In this document: in pieces, positions 18,017-25,654 of the stretch
Layout: the number at the start of each line of letters is the position of its first letter
Position numbering within the stretch: position 1 is the stretch's first letter
Virus record (IMG/VR): IMGVR_UViG_3300009034_000040
Coordinates: 1 to 59,329 of that record
DNA: 59,329 nt
Source: a virus
Lineage: Duplodnaviria > Caudoviricetes
Strand: one strand, 5' to 3'
Translations under genes and position numbers: made by a program
The notes under the pieces: model-generated
The model's input: the letters and a program-made list of their open reading frames with translations, nothing else
What the model was told of the DNA's origin: nothing
The model's database searches: none

Positions 18017-19570
18017 TTACTTCTCACCTGTCATACGCTTTAAATATTTAAGAAAAATCCCGTCAACTTGTTTACTTCTACCTGATTTATGAAATCCATA
18101 ACATTCTGCAAAAGCTTCTTCAGCACCTTTCATATAAGCATAATCAGAAGGAAACTTATAACCCATCTTAATTCCTCTATGATAAACATTTTCCCATTCA
18201 CGCCTATCACTAGAACTAAGTCGTTCCCATTTGCTATGGGCTACTTCATGAAATACTACTCTATTTAATTCAGGATCTGTCAAGTACTTACGTTCTAATC
18301 TCATCTCACCAGTTGATTTGCTAAAAGTTGCATCAGCACTAATTCTCTCACCACCTATTGAAAAGACATCTGCCTCATCTACTACGCTAATCTTTTTTAC
18401 ACCTTCTAAATCTTCTTTAGGCAATCTATTTAACACTGATTCTACTATATGTGTTTCTACTTCATCCTTTTGACCCTCTATCCTATACCCTTTAGGCTTA
18501 GGTTTTTTAGCATATTGTTCCGCTAATTCTCTAGTACGACTCCTAATTTTCTCAGGTACTTTCTCCCAATCTGTAATTTCCACACAGATATGTTGACCAT
18601 CATCAGTTATCCATTTACCTCCCGCTTGACTACACCAATCCTCAGCCTTACGTTCTGCTCTAGCTCTAGCTACCTCTTGCTCTATATCCTCTCTAGCTTG
18701 TGGTGAAGGTTGCTTAATCCAATCTATCTTCCAATAACCTTCATCCTCATGCTCTACTGGATCTAAAGGTTTCTGGTCTTCAGGTTTCATAAACAACCAT
18801 GCCCAATGCTTATACTCCTTACCTATCTTTAACTTGCGAAGTACAAACCTACCTTTCAGTTCTTTGCCATAGAAGAAGTACTCATGTAAATCCTTACGTT
18901 GTACTCCGTACTTAACTTCTCCTTTATCAAGTATCTCCATCCTAGCTATCTCTATGTAACGAGCTACTTCTTTCTCTTCTGGTGGTTCAGTATGTCTAGT
19001 TGGAAACCGTAACTCTCCTTCTCTAGTTAACCATTCCTTAGGATGTACATGTTTAGGTGTTGCTTGAGTTCTCTGAGCTGGCTTAAGCCTTTCTTTAAAA
19101 GCTCCCCAACTACTTATTCCTTCTGGCACTGGAGGATGTAGAGTCACACCTATTAACTTACCGTTTATTTCCATTCGTAAATCTATGTGATCTCTAATCT
19201 TCATTATCCTAAATAGTTCTTTCTTTAACGAACTGTTCTCTAACCACTGAACTATCTCATTAGAACATTCCTCTAGTAAACCTAAACCTTTATGCATCTC
19301 CTCAGGTTTTTCTCCTGGCTTAATCCTTTCTTTCCTTCCTGTAGGCCAATGTCTCTGTAGTACAAATGTAGTCTTCTGTTTAGACTTCCACTTATAGTAC
19401 TTCTCTGGTAAAGGTTCTCCTTCTTTAGCTAACTCTTCGTAATCTGGTAACTTCTTAGCTTTCTTAACTTCCTTCTTAACTATGAAGAATTCTCTAATTG
19501 TTCTTCCTTCTTTATCTTCTTCTCTTAACCAAGTACCTTTATTAGTTTTAAATTCCTTAATCTTTACCAC
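18017..19570 (-). CDS. LigD 3'-phosphoesterase-like domain fused to a zincin metallopeptidase
   Basis: FVLQRH, HIDLR, HPKEWLTREG, LDKG, FYGKELKGRFVL, WLFMK; C-terminal HEVAH...YA...EEAFAE. Confidence 0.75.
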   Translation of the reverse strand: MVKIKEFKTNKGTWLREEDKEGRTIREFFIVKKEVKKAKKLPDYEELAKEGEPLPEKYYKWKSKQKTTFVLQRHWPTGRKERIKPGEKPEEMHKGLGLLEECSNEIVQWLENSSLKKELFRIMKIRDHIDLRMEINGKLIGVTLHPPVPEGISSWGAFKERLKPAQRTQATPKHVHPKEWLTREGELRFPTRHTEPPEEKEVARYIEIARMEILDKGEVKYGVQRKDLHEYFFYGKELKGRFVLRKLKIGKEYKHWAWLFMKPEDQKPLDPVEHEDEGYWKIDWIKQPSPQAREDIEQEVARARAERKAEDWCSQAGGKWITDDGQHICVEITDWEKVPEKIRSRTRELAEQYAKKPKPKGYRIEGQKDEVETHIVESVLNRLPKEDLEGVKKISVVDEADVFSIGGERISADATFSKSTGEMRLERKYLTDPELNRVVFHEVAHSKWERLSSSDRREWENVYHRGIKMGYKFPSDYAYMKGAEEAFAECYGFHKSGRSKQVDGIFLKYLKRMTGEK

Positions 19571-21506
19571 TTAAATATTCCTCCATAAACTTATAAGTCT
19601 TAGGATTTCTTAATTTAACCCCAGCTGGATCTTTTTTATACCAAACAAAGGCTTCAGCAAACCCTTCATCCCAATTAACATTAGCATACTTACTAACCTT
19701 TTCTTCTTTCCAAACAGTTTCAGTCCAACGATTCGCCGTTTCATAATCTTGTGGTGCAACTACATGACCAAATTCATGATAGATAGTTTCTTTAGTTGAA
19801 CCCTTAAAAAATCCCATTTCTTTAGTTCTTTTATCATAATAACCACCTACAAAAGGCATTCCATATTTTTTATATTCTGAAGGAACTTCTTTACCTTTAG
19901 ATCGATAAAACTCATCTAAAGTATAAGGCTCTCGACTAATTCTAATATAGTCTACTCGCTTCTTTTTTTTCTCTGGTAAATGATTATATAAAGAACTTAC
20001 TTCATCTACTGTTTCCCTTCTTCCAACATCAAATATCAATTTAGTCTTATGATCTCTAGAAATTAAAGTTCTCTCAGTTAATCCTTCCCCTAAATCTCTA
20101 TCCTCTCCTATACATATATGCTTCCCCTCAACAGTTATCCACTTCCCACCCTGCTCACTACACCAATCAGCCTTCTCTACCTCTCTAGGCAAAGTTAATC
20201 CGCTAAGTCTCATAAGAACGTTCATCGAATCAGGTCTATTACGTTCTCTCACATGCTCTAAAACCTTAGGCTCAAAAACACCAAATGTGTAACAATCAGT
20301 TCCCTCTATCTTATATCTATTAACCTCAGGAGTGAAAACTCTAATTATATCTCCAACCTTAACTTTAATAGAAGTATTAAATGTCTTACCGAAATATGCC
20401 CAAGTCTTCCCTTTCAACTCTATTACTTTCTTAGGTTTCTTCTCTTTAACTACAGAAGCACATTCCTTAGAATACGGTCCAGCAGCTATATGGTAATTAT
20501 ACACACCAACTATAGGCTTCCCTTCTAAAGGTCCCTTCTTGTGCTTAGGTTGCTCTATATCCACAACTATACAATCTATCTCTTTAAGGTTCTTCAGTTT
20601 AAACCAAGTCTTGTTATGAGCTATGTCCTTAGCAGCCTTAATGTACTTACCCTCTAAAGTTTTAATCATAGCTCCCTCAGAACCCTTCATAGCTCTAACC
20701 TTCTTGATGGCTGCTAGTAATTCTTTCTCAGTCTTACATATAAACCCTCTCTTACCTATTACGGTAGGCTTCAAATGTTTAGTAGTCTTAATCTTCTTTA
20801 AGTAATCAAGTCGTTCTTTATACGGTAAATCTCTTAAGTCTTTTCCTTCCCAGTAAAGTACGTCAAATACCCAGAACTGAGATTGTTCGTCTTTTTCCTC
20901 TAAGTATTCCTTTCCGTTAGCGTAACCTATAAAACTAGTTCTATGTAAGACTTGATCGTTTACAACTAATACTCCTTCTGAATCTACTACTGTTCCTTTA
21001 GGTAATGCCTCATTAATATCAGTTACAGCTTTCTTAAACTTATTAGACTTCTTAAATCCTTCATCCTCTGAGAATAGTTCTACTGTATTACTCTTATGTA
21101 TCTGAATCCTCATGCCGTCTATCTTTATATCTACATAAGCTGGTAGGCTAAAGTCTTTATCATCAAATAGTTCTTTAGCTTCAAATATCCTTGTTGCTGG
21201 TTTATTAGGTTTAACAAAACTACCTACTCCTTTCTTTAAGCATTTATCCAGTGGGTGATTAGTCCAAAACCACTTATCATATCTACTTAATGTTTCTGTC
21301 GCTACTTCTTTATAACGCTTCTCTATTTTGCTTCTTATCTCTGGATGTCTATCCCATGCAGTTCTAAGTCTAGCTATTTCAAATGTTAAGTACTTCCAAC
21401 TCTTTCTCTTTAAACTGTTATTCAAGACTGTAATAGTCTCCGCTTCATTAACTTCTTTATCTGTGCATCCGTGTAGTATTTCCTTAAGTTCTCTAGCTTC
21501 TGCCAT
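19557..21506 (-). CDS. ATP-dependent DNA ligase fused to a zincin metallopeptidase
   Basis: KIDGMR, VVDSEG, VFDVL, EGAMIK, WFKLK and OB domain; C-terminal HEFGH...YA...EGFAE. Confidence 0.85.
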   Translation of the reverse strand: MAEARELKEILHGCTDKEVNEAETITVLNNSLKRKSWKYLTFEIARLRTAWDRHPEIRSKIEKRYKEVATETLSRYDKWFWTNHPLDKCLKKGVGSFVKPNKPATRIFEAKELFDDKDFSLPAYVDIKIDGMRIQIHKSNTVELFSEDEGFKKSNKFKKAVTDINEALPKGTVVDSEGVLVVNDQVLHRTSFIGYANGKEYLEEKDEQSQFWVFDVLYWEGKDLRDLPYKERLDYLKKIKTTKHLKPTVIGKRGFICKTEKELLAAIKKVRAMKGSEGAMIKTLEGKYIKAAKDIAHNKTWFKLKNLKEIDCIVVDIEQPKHKKGPLEGKPIVGVYNYHIAAGPYSKECASVVKEKKPKKVIELKGKTWAYFGKTFNTSIKVKVGDIIRVFTPEVNRYKIEGTDCYTFGVFEPKVLEHVRERNRPDSMNVLMRLSGLTLPREVEKADWCSEQGGKWITVEGKHICIGEDRDLGEGLTERTLISRDHKTKLIFDVGRRETVDEVSSLYNHLPEKKKKRVDYIRISREPYTLDEFYRSKGKEVPSEYKKYGMPFVGGYYDKRTKEMGFFKGSTKETIYHEFGHVVAPQDYETANRWTETVWKEEKVSKYANVNWDEGFAEAFVWYKKDPAGVKLRNPKTYKFMEEYLSGKD

Positions 21507-21778
21507 GACTCTAACATTATCTGTTTATTAGTCTTAGGTTGAGTACGTCTTTTATCGGTGTTCATCAGTTCTTGTTTAGTCAAGGTCTTCTCATAGATTC
21601 CTTTACCTATCTGTGCTCCACACTTCCTACACCATAGAATAGGTACACCATTCATAACTCTAGTTTCTAGGTAACTTCCTCCTTTCCCTCGATGTAAACC
21701 TGATTTGCAAGCAAGAGGTTTATCGAAAGCTCTAGGATGAGTAATCATCTTATATCCAGGTCTTACGAATATTGGCAA
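21422..21778 (-). CDS. Zn-binding hypothetical protein
   Basis: C...H and CRKCG motifs. Confidence 0.5.
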   Translation of the reverse strand: MPIFVRPGYKMITHPRAFDKPLACKSGLHRGKGGSYLETRVMNGVPILWCRKCGAQIGKGIYEKTLTKQELMNTDKRRTQPKTNKQIMLESWQKLENLRKYYTDAQIKKLMKRRLLQS

Positions 21779-22021
21779 ACTATTTCTCTTCCTTCTTAAT
21801 TCTCTTCCAGATAATGAACTTCTTGTCTAACATCAGATACCAATCCCATTCATTATTCCATGCTCTACTCCTATTACAATCTACACAAGGAGTACCACAA
21901 GATTCACCCACATTAAAACACCCTTTACAAGTAGGAATAGGTTTAGTTTCTTCTTGTAAATAGTATTCTCCTCGAATCTTGGTGAGAATCTTCTTCACAT
22001 CTGGAAGTAAAAAAGGTTCAC

Positions 22022-22438
22022 TCATTTCTTCTTCTCCTTAACTTTCTTTCTAGGTTTCCAAGTTCCTTTACCGTATTCCTGAGGTATCATTCCCATAGCT
22101 CTAGATTCCTCTGGAGTACGAGATGTCGGTCTTAAATCTCTAACAGGTGTAACTACAGGAGGAGTTCTTTTTTCTGGTATATCTATTACTGGAGCATCTA
22201 AGAACTCTCCTACTGGAATTGTACCTATCTTAATTTTCTCTAAGTCTGGATCGTTCTGTCGTTTAGCTCGTTGTGCTGTAGGTCCAGTAGGATTCCTTAT
22301 TATAGTAAATTCCCATTTCTTGTAAGGTACTATCTGAATATCTCCTCTAGCAGTAACTATTTCTTTATCTCCTTTGTACTGACCTCTTCCCCTTAAAGTT
22401 AAGTCTTTAGTTTTTCCCATTACAGCACCTCCTTTCAT
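22022..22438 (-). CDS. Hypothetical protein
   Basis: ORF in the head operon. Confidence 0.55.
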   Translation of the reverse strand: MKGGAVMGKTKDLTLRGRGQYKGDKEIVTARGDIQIVPYKKWEFTIIRNPTGPTAQRAKRQNDPDLEKIKIGTIPVGEFLDAPVIDIPEKRTPPVVTPVRDLRPTSRTPEESRAMGMIPQEYGKGTWKPRKKVKEKKK

Positions 22439-22530
22439 AACATTCTATCAGTATAACATCTTCTGAAGATAAATATTTAAACACTAAAGGAGCACCACAT
22501 TTTTCACATTTCATTAAATACATATTATTC

Positions 22531-22806
22531 TTAACCTCTAAAGAATATATCCCACATACAGCGACATGAAGGATGTGAAGGCATCCTAGGTAAGAACATT
22601 CCTGTATGGTATCTCCTACCATTCTGACTGTCACAGTAGTTACACGTACGTGCATCAATCACAGATACCCACATTAACTCCTTAAACCCTGCTTCTCTAA
22701 ATGCTCCTTTCAAAGCTCCATTGTAAGTTCTAAGACTGAAGTCGTGTGCTAAGTCCTCCATGCGAATTAGAATTCCCTTGTCTGAAGTCCAAAATTCTTC
22801 TGACAT
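22531..22806 (-). CDS. MuF / SPP1 gp7-like minor head protein (core domain only)
   Basis: W-x4-D-x-RTC-xx-C...P-x-HP-x-CRC. Confidence 0.85.
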   Translation of the reverse strand: MSEEFWTSDKGILIRMEDLAHDFSLRTYNGALKGAFREAGFKELMWVSVIDARTCNYCDSQNGRRYHTGMFLPRMPSHPSCRCMWDIFFRG

Positions 22807-22816
22807 CTCTTAACTC

Positions 22817-23032
22817 CTAAAGTAATTCTCCAAACAGTGCCTCTAATTCTTGTTTTAAAGTCTGGTATTTCCCTATTAAAGCATCGATATCTGAAGCAGG
22901 GATATATTTGACCTCTCCGTTAATCTTATATGTAAATAATGCTGTATCATGAAGTATAGCTAACTCAGTAATCTTGTCATGTATCTCTTGTAGTTTTCTT
23001 CTATTAGTTTCAACCTGAGTTCTAGTTACCAT
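22817..23032 (-). CDS. Hypothetical protein (possibly a fibre chaperone)
   Basis: Helical 71-aa ORF directly after the fibre gene. Confidence 0.5.
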   Translation of the reverse strand: MVTRTQVETNRRKLQEIHDKITELAILHDTALFTYKINGEVKYIPASDIDALIGKYQTLKQELEALFGELL

Positions 23033-23043
23033 ATCATCACCCC

Positions 23044-25650
23044 TTAAGTAGCAGTTCCTAATTTATCACTTGTAAATGGTTTACAAATACCAGTCAAATG
23101 TGCAACATCTCCAAGTGTATCAGAAGCATCAGCACCTAAACGTTTAATTCTTAAATGGATACACTCATCAGTTGCAGATGGAGCAGTTAAAGTTACACTA
23201 GAAATAACTAATCCATCAGTACTCGTTGAAGCAGAAGTAGTTACAGTTAAAGTTCCTTCTGCAGCAGCAGTAACATCTTCTCCAGATGCTCTCCATAAAT
23301 ATTCTACTTGCCATACACATTGTACTGAATCGTCTCCTGGATCAGCAGTTGGACAGCTCCATGCTAACCTAAGTGTTGGAGCAACAGTTCTATCCATTTT
23401 ATTAGGAATTCTAAAATTAGCAACTATAGTGTCATCAGTTGCATCACTGAATTCCCAAGCGATGCTTATTCCTAAATCTACTTGTGTAGCTGGTTTAACT
23501 CCTGGAGCTTTTAACCCTTCAGCACCTATCCAATTAGCACCAAGTACTCTAGCTGTTCCATATAAAGTTAATTCTCCATCTGTAGCGAAAGCAGCATAGT
23601 TAGTGGTTCCACCATCTCCAAAGTTAGATGCTCTAGCACTTAGTGTTTTACCTGACTGTAGTGTGATGTCTCCTCCTAATGGAATGTCAAGCATGCTTAC
23701 TCCTCCTGATTGTCTGCCTTGGGCTACTGTTCTATATCCTCCTGCTCCATCAGGAACATTAAGGTTTAAAGTAGCTGTGCCAATAACCATTGTGTTAATA
23801 TTAAGGTTTGTAGCTAAACTATTCAAAAAACTAAAGTAAAGAGCAGAAACCCTAAGATCTCTTTTAGTTGTTCCACCAGCATTAACAATAGCAAGAGTCT
23901 GATCCCCAGTCCAGTAGATATCTACATTATTAATAGCGTAAGCTGAAGTGCCGAATCGTAACCGTTGACCTTTCATGTCTAGTATACCAGCCATTTCTAC
24001 TGCGTCAAGATAAGCTACACCGTCTAAGTACAAGTCTTTCCATTTCAGACTAGTAGTTCCTAAATCGTAAGAGTCATCTGTTTTAGGTATGATGTGTCCT
24101 TGACTTCGAATAGCAGCAGTAGTGAATTCATGTCCTGATTGAAGGTTCATATCTATACCGTAATCAGCTACATTAATTGAGCCTCCTAAGTTAGTTCCTT
24201 TAAGTAGAACCATAGCGTCTAATGCTTGACCATTTCCTCCTACAGCCTCATTCTCAATATAAAGTAAATAACCTGTACCAAAACTTCCTTCTCCCGTAGC
24301 ATTTAAAGTATGAGTTCTAACATGAAGAGTTGTAAGTGTTGTTATGGTGTCTTTAACTCCCCATTCCGAATTGAATAAACCAGCTCTCATAGTTGTAATA
24401 GTAGCAGAAGTAGTATCTGACTTACCAATAGACTCAGCAAGTAATGTAGTTATGTTACTTATATCTACCCCATCAACGTTTGCTCCTTGTAATACAACAG
24501 TATATAAAGTTCCGCTAGCACTATCAATTCCAACTGAACTTCTAAATCGTGTTCCTCTATGAGTCCCTGTTAGAGCGTTAGTAGTATGTCGAGTATGAAT
24601 GTGAATTACCGTATCTCCTCCTGCAGTAGTGTAACCTTGTGGAGAAGCGAATGAACCTAACGCTATCGTATTATCTATGAATTGAATTCCTTCAATGGTT
24701 ACTCCCTGATCAGAAGTGATTTCTAATATGTCATCAGTGTAGATGATTCCCTGAGCATATACATCACTCCAAGGATCACCGGATGTTCCTAAATCTTGAA
24801 GTGCATCAGGATAGAACGCTAATCCACCTCTCTTTTCATCACAGTATAAACCTAAAGCGTAGAGTCGTGAGCATCTAACGTCATACCATTTTTTAGTGCT
24901 AGAACCTAAATCGTATGTAATATCCGTTAAAGGTAAGATATCACATTGGACTGTTACCTCAGACTTAACATGTAAATTATCGATGTAAGCATCATCCCAA
25001 AGAAAGGAGGTAGAACCTAAATCTCTAGTAGCATCTCCATCTGGAATTAAATTACTACCTATATCACCCGTCAAAGCTAAATCTACAGCTGCTATGTTTT
25101 CAACATCTAAATCACATTCTAAACTGAAAGTATCACCGTCAAAGTATATTGGATTAGCTAATATATTATCATCTGCATCTAGAATGTACGTGTCTAAAGG
25201 GTATCCTTCACCGTACATTATAGCAAACTTCTGATCATCAACTGGATTGTATAGTACTATAGCTGGTCCTACTTCATAACCTTCAATAGTGTTTAAAACT
25301 ATATCTCCGTCAGTTAAGTCAACAGTTAAAGCTCCGGTCATTGAACGAGTACCTGTTAACGGGAGTAAATCAGTATGTAAATCCCCTGTCGCAAATATCG
25401 GATGGACATGTACGTGATCATCTCTAGAAGCTAACGATCCAGTTCCAGCAGAAGCAGTTGTACCTATATCTTCTGGATCTGTATCTGATAGAACACTAGT
25501 AATACTTATAACGGGCTTTACGGACTAGCCAAGAGTTATGACTAGTTTTCCGTCCTCGTCCACCTGGATTACTGGATAAGTATCACCAGTGGGGTAATAA
25601 CCTACGGCTAAAACTATTCGTTGTGGCCTCTTAACTGTTGGTTGTGGCAT
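23044..25650 (-). CDS. Virion fibre protein, long isoform; predicted join(25548..25650, 23044..25517), 858 aa
   Basis: One frame from the ATG at 25650 (SD GAGGTGA), broken only by TAG at 25525-25527. The fibre motif SRDDHVH lies upstream of the track's ATG (25341). Repeated DLG-x4-W fibre motifs. Confidence 0.75.
25518..25547 (-). other. Predicted 30-nt bulge-helix-bulge/loop (tRNA-type) intron
   Basis: ACGG-AAA-ACTAGTCA-TAACTCT-TGGCTAGT-CCGT-AAA: a 4-bp helix with AAA 3' of each strand and an 8-bp intron stem containing the TAG. Confidence 0.7.
25525..25650 (-). CDS. 41-aa short isoform (unspliced) of the fibre gene, putative virion anchor protein
   Basis: MPQPTVKRPQRIVLAVGYYPTGDTYPVIQVDEDGKLVITLG*, strong SD, directly after the portal gene. 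Confidence 0.7.
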   Translation of the reverse strand: MPQPTVKRPQRIVLAVGYYPTGDTYPVIQVDEDGKLVITLG

Positions 25651-25654
25651 TACT

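Noticed and set aside
25525-25527. Genome-wide TAG reassignment (pyrrolysine or alternative code)
   Set aside because: TAG ends many intact genes (MCP, scaffold, TMP, spike), often with further stops right after. Site-specific readthrough remains possible but does not explain the BHB geometry or the duplicated K-x-VI-x-(L/I) peptide.
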